NCBI GenBank assembly: GCA_951406725.2
Contig: OX597818.1
Location: forward strand, 30,938,001 to 31,002,000
DNA from: Octopus vulgaris
Taxonomy: Eukaryota
Length of the DNA stretch: 64,000 nt
Direction of reading: 5' to 3'
The notes under the pieces were generated by a model that saw only the letters and a list, made by a program, of their open reading frames with translations, made no database searches and was not told the DNA's origin. Positions 28,399 through 43,130 of this stretch are shown in pieces; the stretch's first letter is position 1, and each line of letters starts with the position of its first letter. Made by a program: the position numbers and the translations under genes.

Positions 28399-28711
28399 TG
28401 GTTTCCGCTTCATCGGGGAATTACCTCCTTTGCAGGTTAAGGGCACCGTGACGGTGTCGAGCCTTTCTGGTGACGTCGATGTTCGCCTGGGGCTAAATGC
28501 AACAGTAACACCCCCACCACCCTGCCCTGTCCCTAGCCATATTCAGATGGCTTTAGTCCCTTATGTTATCGAGCAGTTACTGTCTATATCCCTTTTAGAG
28601 AATTATTATTGCTTTCGAACAGATTTTCGAAATCAGCAAATGTATTTTGCTTGAAAATCTATATAAGAAAATCCTGCAGAGTGAGAATTCGTCGAGGAAG
28701 CGGAGGCCTAC

Positions 28712-28757
28712 CACACGCCGATGATAGGCAATACACCTTGAAACCATGGTCCGTGTG
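28712..28757 (+). ncRNA. Type I hammerhead ribozyme, U4C variant (array copy 3)
   Basis: Identical motif; predicted cleavage after 28751. Confidence 0.75.
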
Positions 28758-29071
28758 TGGTTTCCGCTTCATCGGGGAATTACCTCCCTTTGCAGGTTAA
28801 GGGCACCGTGACGGTGTCGAGCCTTTCTGGTGACGTCGATGTTCGCCTGGGGCTAAATGCAACAGTAACACCCCCACCACCCTGCCCTGTCCCTAGCCAT
28901 ATTCAGATGGCTTTAGTCCCTTATGTTATCGAGCAGTTACTGTCTATATCCCTTTTAGAGAATTATTATTGCTTTCGAACAGATTTTCGAAATCAGCAAA
29001 TGTATTTTGCTTGAAAATCTATATAAGAAAATCCTGCAGAGTGAGAATTCGTCGAGGAAGCGGAGGCCTAC

Positions 29072-29117
29072 CACACGCCGATGATAGGCAATACACCTTG
29101 AAACCATGGTCCGTGTG
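29072..29117 (+). ncRNA. Type I hammerhead ribozyme, U4C variant (array copy 4)
   Basis: Identical motif; predicted cleavage after 29111. Confidence 0.75.
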
Positions 29118-29430
29118 TGGTTTCCGCTTCATCGGGGAATTACCTCCTTTGCAGGTTAAGGGCACCGTGACGGTGTCGAGCCTTTCTGGTGACGTCGATG
29201 TTCGCCTGGGGCTAAATGCAACAGTAACACCCCCACCACCCTGCCCTGTCCCTAGCCATATTCAGATGGCTTTAGTCCCTTATGTTATCGAGCAGTTACT
29301 GTCTATATCCCTTTTAGAGAATTATTATTGCTTTCGAACAGATTTTCGAAATCAGCAAATGTATTTTGCTTGAAAATCTATATAAGAAAATCCTGCAGAG
29401 TGAGAATTCGTCGACGAAGCGGAGGCCTAC

Positions 29431-29476
29431 CACACGCCGATGATAGGCAATACACCTTGAAACCATGGTCCGTGTG
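29431..29476 (+). ncRNA. Type I hammerhead ribozyme, U4C variant (array copy 5)
   Basis: Identical motif; predicted cleavage after 29470. Confidence 0.75.
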
Positions 29477-29690
29477 TGGTTTCCGCTTCATCGGGGAATT
29501 ACCTCCCTTTGCAGGTTAAGGGCACCGTGACGGTGTCGAGCCTTTCTGGTGACGTCGATGTTCGCCAGGGGCTAAATGCAACAGTAACACCCCCACCACC
29601 CTGCCCTGTCCCTAGCCATATTCAGATGGCTTTAGTCCCTTATGTTATCGAGCAGTTACTGTCTATATCCCTTTTAGAGAATTATTATTG

Positions 29691-29734
<44 letters not shown>

Positions 29735-29779
29735 GTATATGTATATAGATCAAAATAAAAACATGATGCAAAGGATTCA

Positions 29780-29857
29780 GCGGTACATATGTTTCGGGCC
29801 TTTATTAGACAGATTTATAACAATGCATAATGTATGTCTGTGGCCTTCTTCAGCCGC
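29780..29857 (-). ncRNA. Type I hammerhead ribozyme, canonical core
   Basis: Minus strand: gcgg-CTGAAGA-a ggcc acaga...tctgt...ggcc c-GAAA-catatg-TA-ccgc. Confidence 0.8.
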
Positions 29858-29966
29858 GCACAACAACTTCCACAAGGACATGTGTTACATCAAAAATTCT
29901 ATATGTATATATATATATGTATATATATATATGTATATGTATATATATATATATGTATATATATAT

Positions 29967-30027
<61 letters not shown>

Positions 30028-30303
30028 TGTATGTGCGTGTATTGTTTACAATAATACAAAAAACTAATACTACCACAGCTACTTTCACTGTCAACCAAGT
30101 CTCCCAGGACACACATACACACATATATGCATACATACGAAAATACCCTGTTGTTGAAAATACCCTGTTGTAGGATCGTTGGATCTAGATTAGAAACCGG
30201 TTCGTTCTCTATTGGCAAGAAATCTTGTATATATATATATATATATATGTATATGTATATGTATATATATATATATTATATATATATATATATATAATAT
30301 AAT

Positions 30304-30349
<46 letters not shown>

Positions 30350-30429
30350 GTATATATATATATAGTTATATATATATATAAATACATATATATATATGTA
30401 TATATTTATATATATATATATGTATATAT

Positions 30430-30491
<62 letters not shown>

Positions 30492-30666
30492 GATTAGTTA
30501 ACGGTTGTTTACAATCGTAGAAGTGTTCAGTCCATGATTTAGAATTTGTTTATTTTATTGCAAGCTAAAATCTGTTGAATCAAGTTTCACGCTGTCTTTT
30601 ATTCAAACGGTTGAAGAAAGGACGCTCTGTCACATTATCTGCACTGACATATTCGTAAACGTATCA

Positions 30667-31400
<734 letters not shown>

Positions 31401-31465
31401 GACCTTATTTCTCTGTGTATTATGTTATTATTATTATGTATTTTGTTGCTGTTGTTATTATTATT

Positions 31466-31965
31466 GAAACAAAGCTCAGATTTGGTCTTATTCCTGGTAG
31501 GATATTTGTAGGTAGCGAGTTACTACCTGTAACCTTAGGTATCCACACGCTTTCGGCAGTCTTTCAAGTGCTTAGAACCCTCCTGCTAATCCTTGCTGCC
31601 CATAAGAGGCAAACTTTCTGTAGGAGCTCTACCGGGCATTCTATTTCAATCTCCTTCGACCATTTGTCTATATCTTGGCTTACTGTTCTCAAGGCACCAA
31701 TTATTAAAGGAACGACCTTTACTGTTTGCATGCTCCAATTTCTTCTTATTTAAAATTTTTAGGAATTGTATTTTCTTTGTTTTCTTTCTCTTTCTTTACG
31801 ATCCTGGAATCAAACGGGCATGATAGGTCGATAAGCAAGCTACTTTGCTTTTCGTTTTCTGTGACTGTAATATCTGGTCTATTATTTTCTAACTTCTTGT
31901 CCCTTTGAGTAGGAAAATCCCACAAAATCTTACATTTCTCCGACTGTGAATTGACTGGTTGCGAA
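31466..31965 (-). pseudogene. Second R4/Dong-type LINE 3' end (RLE endonuclease)
   Basis: KILWDFPTQRDKKLENNRPDI...LIDLSCPFD, then after a frameshift VVPLIIGAL...LLQKVCLLWAARISRRVL*. Ends in TAATAATAA. Confidence 0.8.
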
Positions 31966-32232
31966 AATATGACAGAAAATGCTTTACACATTCACCTTTT
32001 TAATTCCAAGACGCTGAACATGTAGCATAATGTGGCATTTTAACCTAATTGCATACGAATACACTTTTACCGTTAATATGTATGCAAATCGCGCTAAAGC
32101 AAAGAAGGTGAACATTGTTACAGAAGTCTTCACGACGATGATTCACTGAAACCTTTTCAGTATGTAATCATCTTTCACAACAGGGAAAATCCATTATTTG
32201 GGAAAAAAACCATCATTTTAACCAGTTGGCAC

Positions 32233-32418
<186 letters not shown>

Positions 32419-32785
32419 GCCTGTCTGCCTGCCTGCCTGTCAGTCTGTCTGTCTGTCGCTTGTAAACATATTTACCAATTCATATATATGTATATATGTG
32501 TATATATATATATATATATATGTGTATATATATATATATATATATACTTTTATGAAAGCTGCAAAATTATTATAAAACTGTTCTTATACTTTTACTTTCC
32601 GTTCGTCGGACACTTGCGATGAATACTTTAATAAAAGATATTACTCTAACTTTGGTATTCGATTACTATATTTTCCACCTTATTTTGCATCTTTGTGCTT
32701 ACCTGTGTGTATATATATGTATATATATATATGCATAGATATATATACATTTGGACGTGTGTATGTGTATGTGTGTATGTGTGTA

Positions 32786-32820
<35 letters not shown>

Positions 32821-33859
32821 TTGTGTGTGTGTGTGTGAGTGTGGATATTTGCGGTGCGATGTTGGAAAGGTAGTTTTATAAGGAAACTGAAAACCAGAAA
32901 GAGCGTAACTAAAAAAGACATGATTAGTTAAACGAAACGATATAGGATGTATAAGCGAAAGACGAAAGCTAAACAAAGATAAAAATACCTGGTTGGCTTG
33001 TTGGGTGGAAGGATGGCCGACAAACAGTGCGAATGAAATAGACAAACAAGGTAGATAGAATTATATATTTCTTCATTTTGCATTCATTATACATTCATAT
33101 ATGTATGCATGCCTACTTGCATATATATATATATACATACATACACACACACATTTATAAATATATGTGTGTGCGTGATTGTCTGTGTATGTATATTTGT
33201 ATATATATATGTATGTATACATAATTGTGTATATATATATATATATATATATATTTGTGTATATATATGTATATATGTATATATGTATATATGCACACAC
33301 ACATACACACATACACACAAACACACTCACACATACATATATACATACATACATACAGATATATGAATATATTTTTTTGTCTTCAGTCTTCAAGAATTCT
33401 TTTGAATTGGAAGAAGGGGATTTCGTATTATATCATCCAGTCAATACGAACTTTCCTTTCTTTCTTTCTTTCTTTCTTCTTCGTCAATCTAAAATTAGTC
33501 AACATGCGCAATAACACCGGCCTTAACAACAACAGCAGCTAGAACTACACTAACAACTAAAATGACACCACCGACAATAACAACAACAGTATTAACAGCA
33601 TCAACAACAACGACATTATTATCCTCCACTTAAACAATAACAAAAGCAATAACAAATAATTCATCAACATTGACCCCCCCCTCTCACCCCCCCCCCCCAA
33701 AAAAAAACCCCACTCCGATAACAACAGCATCAGAGGCGTCAATAAGAATTACAAGGCTATGTACAAATCGAGACCTGAAGAACAAAAATAACAACGATTT
33801 CAAAAAAATATTAGACTGACTTATTTCCATCGTTGGTGTCATCGAATCGTCCAGTCATT

Positions 33860-33894
<35 letters not shown>

Positions 33895-34297
33895 TATCAT
33901 CATCATCGTCGTCGTCTTCGTCGACGTCATCATCGTCATCATCATCATCATCATCATTGTCATCATCATCATCGTCGTCATCGTCGTCGTCATGATCATC
34001 ATCATCATCATCACCGCCTTCTTCGAACTTCATAACCATTCGGACATGCTGCGTTCACAAAACAGTACATCCCTCCACACACACACAAACACACACACAC
34101 AAACACACTCGCACGCGCGCACACACACACACATCTATCCGTGAAGGCGTGTATACATATGTATGTAAATATGTAAGTTTCATTTTTCTCTTTTTAATTT
34201 CGAATTGATCTTGACCAGTCACCTGCTTCGTAACAAAATCGTGAAGGAAAGTATCTTGTTTTGTTCATCATTCTATAAAAAAGCAAAACGATAAACG

Positions 34298-34597
34298 TCA
34301 CCCTTTTGAAGCCTGGCCAGGCTCATGGGCCCGGTTTCCCGGTTTCTGTGGCGTATGTATTCCTCCCAGCTGGACGAGACGCCAGTCCATCGCAGCGTTA
34401 CTCAAGAAACAGGAAGAGAAAGTGAGAGAAAGTTGTGGCGAAAGAGTACAACAAGGGTCGCCACCACCACCTGCCGGAGCCTCGTGGAGCGTTTAGGTGT
34501 TTTCGCTCAATAAACACAATGCCCGGTCTGGGAATTGAAACCGCGATCCTCCGACCGCAAGTCCGCTGCCCTAACCACTGGGCCATTGCGCCTCCAC
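34298..34597 (-). mobile_element. SINE family B (third tail type)
   Basis: Same head; the tail contains CTGCGATGGACTGGCGTC...CCAG...ACAGAAACCGGG. Confidence 0.8.
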
Positions 34598-34851
34598 TCA
34601 TCATTCTATACACCCCACAAAACCGAAGATCAGTCATATTTTGTTTCAGGTGGGTTGGTAGATGTCCTGTTACTCCATTAATAGTAAGTATGGAATCAAA
34701 GGCGTATCTTGATTCTCAGATTCGCAAATTCCTTATGAATGGTCCATAGAGGTTTACTTTCTCCTGTATTCCTCTAACCTCATTGGTATCAAGATTACAG
34801 CTGATTTCTTCAACAGTGTATGTATATCTACGCACGTATATATTCTTTTAT

Positions 34852-35241
34852 TATTTTACTTGTTTCAGTCATTTGACTTCGGCCATGCTGGGGCATCGCC
34901 TAAAAGGATTTTTTAGTCGAAGAAATCGACCCCAGGACTTCTTTGTTGTAAGCCCAGTATTTACACATACGTATATACACAGATGTAAACACACCAACAT
35001 CGGTTTTCAAGCGGTGAGGGGACAAACAAAGACGCAAATACACACACACATATAAGTATATATATATATATGTATATAAGTATATACGACGGGCTTCTTT
35101 CAGTTTCTGTCTACCAAATCCACTCACAAAGCTTTTGTCGGCCCGAGGCTATAGTAGAAGACACTTGCCCAAGGTGCCACGCGGTGGAACTGAACCCGAA
35201 ATCATGTGGTTGGGAAGCAAGCTTCTTACCACACAGCCACA
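34852..35241 (-). mobile_element. SINE family A (diverged)
   Basis: Match to family A. Confidence 0.75.
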
Positions 35242-35862
35242 ATGCTACGGTAAAAGACAATACCTAGTATGCCAGGCAGTAGAACCGAACCCTAAACAAC
35301 GTGGCTGCAAAGCGACCTTCTGCACCACACGACCTTGCCTAGGCCTCATCATAATTTAGAGTTATTCTCTAATCACTCTTCTCCAAAAATTGAGACATCT
35401 GTCGTTCATCATTGTTTGACAAGTCCTTGCTAACGAGATTTGGTTCTAATCGATAAAGCATGCATACCACTGATTCTCATATCTGATAGGACATCAGTGG
35501 ACTTCGAATGAGATGAAGCAGACGGCCAACTAACAGGCGGAATAAGTTCATTCAACGCTACGGAAACTAAGTTACCCAAATTCACTCAGATATGCAGTTT
35601 TGCTTAGCTATGCATGCGTGTATGTATGTATGTATGTATGTATGTATGTATGTATGTATGTATGTATGTATGTATGTATGCCTGCCTGCGTGCTTGCATG
35701 CATATATGTATGTATGTATATATGCCTGCATGCATGTATGTATGTATGTATGTATGTATGTATGTATGTATGTATGTATGTATGTATGTATGTATGTATG
35801 TATGTATGCCTGCATGTATGTATGTATGTATGCATGTATGTATGCATGTATGTGTGTATGTC

Positions 35863-35922
<60 letters not shown>

Positions 35923-36410
35923 GCTCTTTCGTGGCTGCCTTGCTGTTCAAAAGTTGCCTCATACCATCTCTGTCGGCATGTACATCTACGTTCTGCAAAC
36001 AAGGCCGAATGGTTTAAAAGTTTGTTTTGTGAACACTAGGCCCCTGGTTCGATCTCACAGTGTGATATTTTTCGGGCAAGTGTTTTGTCTTTAACCATAT
36101 ATTTAGGTCGGCCAAAATCTATGAGTAAAATTGGGAAGATGGAAACTGAAATTTGGTTCCCAGTCACATGCTACCGGTTTCAGTCACACTGCTTAGCAAC
36201 TTGAGCAAGTGTCTTCTACTATAATATCGGTTCAACCAAAGCCATGTGAGTGGATTTGGTAGACAGAAACTGAAAGAAGCCCGTCGTATATATATATATA
36301 TATATATATAATAAAGGGTGAAATTAATTAATTAATTAATAATTAATAATTCTACCAAGTAGTTTCGGCATGTTAAAAGGACCATTATCGGTAAACTTAA
36401 ACAAAAATTT

Positions 36411-36963
36411 TTATAATTATGAGTATAATTATAATTTGGGTTCAGCAAAAAAAAAAAAAAAAAAAAAGGTTGCTTCATCACATACCGAAATTTAGAAATA
36501 GCAGCCAAAGAAACTAGCTATTTCTCTACCATAAGAAAATCTCCCAGATAACATATACTCATGTATATGTTATAACATATACTCATACAAAATGCAAAAA
36601 TCGCTTTTCCATTCCAATCATTTTCGCTCTTCAGCACAGTATTTCAAGATTTTAAATTTAGAGCACTGAAAAAAATTGAACATACCTATCCGATCCGAGC
36701 AACATCAGACAAACTATATCCAATGACACGATTTTTGCATTTTTCATATCTATCTAACTCCGAAACGCGTCCACAGTTAATCGAATGCCGAGTTAATTTC
36801 GTTGTTTTTCTCTTCGCGTACGTGAATAGAGTATATGTTATCTGGGAGATTTTCTTATGGTAGAGAAATAGGTAGTTTCTTTGGCTTCTATTTCTAAATT
36901 TCGGTATGCGGTGAAGCAAATTTTTTTGCTGAACCCTAATTATGATTATACTCATAATTATAT
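36411..36963. mobile_element. Inverted-repeat element (~140-bp arms) beside (TA)n, with a hammerhead 3' half
   Basis: 36411-36560 pairs with 36828-36963. GAAA-cgcg-TC-cacag lies at 36762-36776. Confidence 0.6.
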
Positions 36964-37859
36964 AAAATTATATATATAATTCTTTTCATTTGTTTCAGTT
37001 ATTTGACTGCGGCCATGCTGGAGCAGTGGCCGCAGTCGAACAAGTCAATAACGTATATAACGCGCAAAATTATTCCGTAGAATTTATCAAATTAAATAAC
37101 GCAAAATTAATATATTTTTTGAAATTGCAAATTATTTAGAATATAAAAATCTGGCTGCTATTTCTAGGTGCCTGAGTAACAACCTCGCGGATTTACAGAT
37201 AAATGAATTAATTACTATTTTACAGAATAAAATTAAATAATTCTTGAAAATTAATTAATATTAATATTTTTTGAACAAAGTAAATAATTTTTAAAACTTA
37301 AATAATAATTTTTTTTACACAAACGCGAACGGGGAAAAGGGGGTGGCGAATTCGATTTTTTTATTTTCGTTGAATGAATAGAAAAAATGTATAATATATG
37401 TTGTACATACCTAAATTTTTTCTTTTTCATGACATTGTAGCAAAATAGTAGTGAATTATATAAATACCAGCAGTACATTTTTTTTTCTGGGGTATTTTTT
37501 TCAACCTTGTCACATATTTGCCCCTTTCAATTTAAACAAAGTCTTAATTAAGCAATTACGGCAGCTTAGCAATGGTTTCAATACAGGCGTGACATCTGTA
37601 TCTCAATTGTTCAAAACCCTTCGAATTTTTTCGCACGTGATGATATCATAGTGAAAACTTCCAATTACGCGCGCTTAGAAGTACGCTCGCAAATTAATAC
37701 TACCAAAATTTTGAAGTTCGCGCTCCGCTTGTGTGTGTGTGTGTGTGCGTGCTTTAGGTGTACGTAGGTATGTGTTTTTGTGTGTGTGTGTGTCACTGAA
37801 GCCATACATACATATATACATACATAACCTCTCTCTCTTTTCTCTCTCAGTCACTCACT

Positions 37860-37976
37860 ACAAAAAGTGAATAAAAAAAGTTCAGTTATTTCTGTCTTTC
37901 ACTCTCTCTGTCGCTTTACACACACTAACAAAAGCACTTCACTTACACACCACACTTTCTGTGTCGCACAACCCAT

Positions 37977-38061
<85 letters not shown>

Positions 38062-38830
38062 GCACGCACACATGTACATCAATGCTTTCGGAGTGAAATG
38101 TTAAAATATTGACTTTTCTCGAATTTTGTCTTAATTGGGGGTGAAATTGAAAGAAATTTGTTATGGCATGACCGAATGGAGTACTTTGAAAAATCTTAGG
38201 TAAACTCTAATTGAAGAAATTGTGTGAGGAGTAAATCGTTATGTATTTATTTGTTTCTGTTTGCTGTGTTTTTTTTTATTTTTTGAGTAGTGGTTTAAGG
38301 TACACTTGCAAAGAGAAAGTGGGAGAAATTATGTTGATAGCATGAGTGATCCGTTTTATAGAAATACTTTCAGTTTAGTCTTCCTCAATTCACTCTGTCG
38401 CTATTTACTCTCTTCCAAGAACATTTTCACTCACTCTTATCTCTTAGCTTGCCATACATTTTACTCATGTATCTATCAGCGTGATAGACAGAAACAAATA
38501 TTACATCGCCATCGCCATCGCATTCTATTGTCTACCTGTCAACACACACACAGTGAATTACTTTCACTTTATTCGTTGCACACTGTGTGTGTGTGCGTGT
38601 GCGTGTGGTGTAAACCACATTAAGAAAAGCATTTGACATACACACCAGAATGTGAGTTTTCTGTAAATTTTGCTTAATTGGAGTTTAAATTTTAAAAACT
38701 GGACCTGGCATGACCCGATGCATTCTACTCTTAAAAATGCTAGGTAAATTGTAATTGAAGAAATCCTATATTGTAGATTTCTATAACTGACAAAGGGAGG
38801 CAGATAAAATCTGCCTTTTATAATAAGAGA
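37860..38830 (-). mobile_element. Helitron-like element 5' region (no 3' CTAG end found)
   Basis: 38367-38830 is the reverse complement of 49588-50000 and starts A|TCTCTTATTATAAAAGG. It includes a diverged internal duplication (38100-38230 vs 38650-38765). Confidence 0.55.
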
Positions 38831-38946
38831 TTTATAAATAAATAAAGGGATGGTATTTTTAAAAGCGAATTATCAGCCGTACAGGCAAATTAATAAAATA
38901 TATAATACAATATTAGATATGTACATATATACACAAGCGCACTACA

Positions 38947-39349
38947 TACTCTTTACTCTTTTACTTGTTTCAGTCATTTGACTGCGGCCATGCTAGAGCA
39001 CCGCCTTTAATCGAGCAACTGGACCACGGGCTTTATTCTTTTGTAAGCCCAGTACTTATTCTATCGGTCGCTTTTGCCGAACCGCTAAGTAACGGGGACA
39101 TAAACACACCATCATCGGTTGTCAAGTAATGCTAGGGGGACAAACACAGACACACAAACACACACACACATATATATACATATATACGACGGGCTTCTTT
39201 CAGTTTCCGTCTACCAAATCCACTCACAAGGCTTTGGTCGGCCCGAGGCTATAGTAGAAGACACTTGCCCAAGGTGCCACGCAGTGGGACTGAACCCAGA
39301 ACCATGTGGTTGGTAAACAAGCTACTTACCACCCAGCCACTTCTGCGCC
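38947..39349 (-). mobile_element. SINE family A
   Basis: Full-length match. Confidence 0.85.
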
Positions 39350-39516
39350 TACATGAGTACTGATATTTTTCTTATCATGTCTGTAGTAGATTTGTGACTA
39401 TTCACTGGTACAGAATTATTTTTGACTTCTATTTTAGCGATGTAGGTGTTCATGGAGTACTCTTGTGTATATATGTACATATCTAATATTGCATGTATAT
39501 ATTTATTTATTTATGC

Positions 39517-39741
39517 GTTTCAGCCAAGTGGCTGCGGTCGTGCTGGAGCACCACCATACGACGGGATTCTTTCAGTGTCCGTCTACTAAATCCACTCACA
39601 AACCTTTGGTCGGGCCTAGGCAATAGTAGAAAACACTTGCCCACAAGACACTTGCCCACAAGACACTTGCCCACAAGACACTTGCCCACGGAACCATGTG
39701 GTTGGTAAGCAAGCTACTTACCACACAGCCACTCCTGCGCC
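39517..39741 (-). mobile_element. SINE family A, internally deleted, with 15-bp tandem AAGACACTTGCCCAC x4
   Basis: Seen directly at 39630-39689. Confidence 0.75.
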
Positions 39742-40533
39742 TACACACACACACACACACACACATACACACACATGTATTAGGAAGTTAAAAGTTATGG
39801 TTGGTCATAGAGTTACCATTGGTTTCGTACCTATAAAGCACTTAGTAGTATAGGCGACACGCCTGACTCAAATGGCTGAAGGCGCATTACCTCTCTAGGA
39901 TTTGCGGAAGAAATACGGAACGGTCTGTTGGTTTTGCTGCGGGCAGGGTGGCGTTATTCTCCTTACATTGGCTCCGCCCATGATAATAGTCGAAGGAGCA
40001 GTGGCGGTTCCTGAAGTAGGAAACGTTTTAGATGGGGGCACTGACGGAATACATCATTCCTGGAGTTTAAAAAGGCTTCCGGATCAAACGAGTTTTTAGG
40101 ATTCTTACACTCTCAGCCAAGTTAAGCTTACATCGTTTGTTCTCCCGTTTATATAAACGCCTAGTTCAAGGAGCTTCCATTTAATTATATGTAGGGTTCC
40201 TTCCTCTTTTATGCGTCACACCTGGCTGGCCAGAGACGTGATGTTGCGCCTTGCCGGTATCCTAAAAGAAGAATTATAGCTGTCAGATGTTGCTTAAACG
40301 GGGTTACTGTTGAACTAACATATTTTCGTGTCTCTGTATTTGATGTACTACCACCGCCGAAATTTCTTTCGTTAACTTCGGGTCTGATATCTTTGTTGTT
40401 GTTGTTGCTGAAGTCGCTGCCGGTACTGATATTCCTGGACGTGAGTTTGGTGCTGCCGCTGCTTCTGGCGTAGCATCCATTTCTGGTTGCAAACCTGGTG
40501 CTGCTGCCGCCGTTGTAACTGTTGGTATTGTTG

Positions 40534-40759
40534 TTCTCTTTTAGTGCCTTATAATTTAACACACTCACCGGTAAATTTTCCATCTGTTTCATTTTTATTT
40601 TTCTAAAATTTTCGTTGCGTCTTGCAACCTTTTCAATAGTTTTGACTCTCTAAAACTATTGAAAAGGTTGCAAGACGCAACAAAAATTTTAGAAAAATAA
40701 AAGAAATAAGTAGAAAATGTACCGGTGAGTATGTTAAATTATAAGGCACTAAAAGAGAA
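40534..40759. repeat. ~225-bp foldback
   Basis: TTCTCTTTTAGTGCCTTATAATTTAAC... pairs with ...GTTAAATTATAAGGCACTAAAAGAGAA. The adjacent sequence is related to 5310-5430 and 60010-60055. Confidence 0.75.
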
Positions 40760-40919
40760 TGGCTCTCCCCAGACACAACAAAATATGCTTCCACACACGA
40801 ACTCACATAAAGAATCTTGCAACTCAAATCCCCAAACGAAATATTTATATATATTTTATATATATAAAACTTTGATAGGTTTCGGCTAGCATAATAGCAC
40901 CACCTGGTGAAGTCTTTTA

Positions 40920-41495
40920 GTCATATGGCCCACTCTAGCAAAGAGTTATTATTGTTGGAGACATAACCGAGTGGAGGATGTTGGTCCGGATGTTTTGAAG
41001 AAATTTGACCAGTAAACTTTTGAATTTTATGGGATCTGTTTCCGTTTTCACGTATTTTGGTATGGTATTAAAGAGAGTTGGACCGGTTGAGGTAAAGTAG
41101 TTGTGACGTAATGTTATGTGTCCTGAGTTCGATTTTTGTAGTGGGCGGATAGCACAGGGGCCATGTTTTGGTTGGATTTTAAAATTGATGCCAACATAAT
41201 TTGTGCAATATTGATGGAATATTTTCCACATCACACAAATGATGTAGCGCTCCCGGCGGTGTTGGAGGGAGTAGAGATTGAGTTTTTTTAGTTGACCCCA
41301 ATAATCAATTCCTCTCATGCTGTCTATCTTTCTTGTTATTGACCTCTGGAGTACTTCCCCTTTCATAATGAGTTGCTTCGTATGGGGAGACAACAGTGGA
41401 CAACAGTACTGAAGGTGGGGTCGGGCAAAAATAGAGTAAAGAAAGGATGATAGTGTGGGCATCTCTAGAGCGGAAAGTTCTCAGAATCCAGGAGC
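40920..41495 (-). pseudogene. CR1/L2-type LINE ORF2 C-terminal fragment
   Basis: WILRTFRSRD, frameshift, then LYSIFARPHLQYCCPLLSPH...LQRSITRKI...LNLYSLQHRRERY...WKI. Confidence 0.8.
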
Positions 41496-41589
41496 ACCCA
41501 TATACGCAGGTATATGTATTCTATATGTAGGTATGTACATATGTGTATGTATATATGCATATATTTATATATTATTTATATTATATATA

Positions 41590-41622
<33 letters not shown>

Positions 41623-41667
41623 CTCACACACACACATATATACACATATATATATATATTTATACAC

Positions 41668-41727
<60 letters not shown>

Positions 41728-42121
41728 GTATACTTTGACATTTGACATTTGACATTTAACTATATCATTGGGAGGGATGGAGAGAATACCGTGAAAACAA
41801 CTAGCACACGAAATAGCCAAATAATAATAGCAATAGCAATAACAACAGCAACGTCAACAACAATAACGACAACACCATCATCAATACAACGGCTTGTTAG
41901 CGGCGTGAAGAGCAATACACTGCCACCACCACCACCACCACCACTACCACCATCAACCACCACCACCAGCAGCAACAACAACATCAACAATAGTAATTAC
42001 AACTAAAAAATATACAACGATAACTAGTAACAAAAACATCACAGTTCTCATCACCGACGTCATCAACACCTTTCTCCTCATCATCTCGTCATCGTCATCG
42101 CCATCGTCGTATTCGTCGTCA

Positions 42122-42171
<50 letters not shown>

Positions 42172-42519
42172 TTCATGATGTTCATCATTGCTTACAGCTC
42201 GCTGGCGCGAGGATCGCCGTTTGTTTTCCACATGACAGATGGCCTTTTGATAACAGCTTTTGGAAACGAGTTGGGGGCAGTGTTGCTAGCTGAGTGATGG
42301 AGAGTGGTGGTCGTAAGAAGGAAGGTCTTTGTAAAGCACGTGACGTCCAGCTGCCCGTAAACACTGATCCAGGACGGATACTCATCAATCATTCAGCGAT
42401 CAGAGTTGCTAGATAGTTGCACCGAAACAACGTTGCACTAATGATAGGAATTTACATGTATTTCCGGTAATGAGGTGGATATTAGTGATTTTTCGCTTCT
42501 TTTTGTTGTGCCGAAAGAG

Positions 42520-42520
42520 A

Positions 42521-42601
<81 letters not shown>

Positions 42602-42792
42602 ACTATCTGTCTATCTCTCTGTCTGTCTGTCTGTCTGTCTATTTCTCTATCTATCAATCAATCTGACTGCCAGCCTATCTGTCTGTCTATCTGTCTATCT
42701 ATGCGATTGTTTTTCTGTCTATCTGTCTGTCTGTCTATCTATCTATCTATCAATCTCTTTCTTCCTTCCTTCCTTTCTTTCTATCTTTCTTC

Positions 42793-42834
<42 letters not shown>

Positions 42835-42871
42835 CTCTCTCTCTATCTATTTGTCTGTCTGCCTATCTAAA

Positions 42872-42962
<91 letters not shown>

Positions 42963-42981
42963 TTATCTATCTATCTATCTC

Positions 42982-43027
<46 letters not shown>

Positions 43028-43030
43028 CGT

Positions 43031-43078
<48 letters not shown>

Positions 43079-43130
43079 ACTGTCTACCACTCTATCTATT
43101 TATGTCTGTCTGTCTGCCTGTCGATCTATC
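42520..43130. repeat. (ATCT)n/(GTCT)n/(TTCT)n block
   Basis: Seen directly; source of the 294-aa spurious ORF. Confidence 0.95.

Noticed and set aside
27993-29692. CRISPR array or tRNA/5S gene cluster interpretation
   Set aside because: Units are fully repeated with no unique spacers, and no tRNA, 5S or snRNA signatures were seen.
28038-29748. Repeated 63-134 aa ORFs in the tandem array
   Set aside because: They depend on the alternating 1-bp indel and show no recognisable domain; RNA structure explains the unit better.
34650-34830. Possible exon after TTTGTTTCAG
   Set aside because: Phase is not compatible with the 20554-20746 candidate, and the frames close quickly.
36350-36395. Degenerate hammerhead remnants here and at ~4365-4400, ~30160-30205 and ~40870-40910
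   Set aside because: Several core mutations or missing halves; too weak to call individually.
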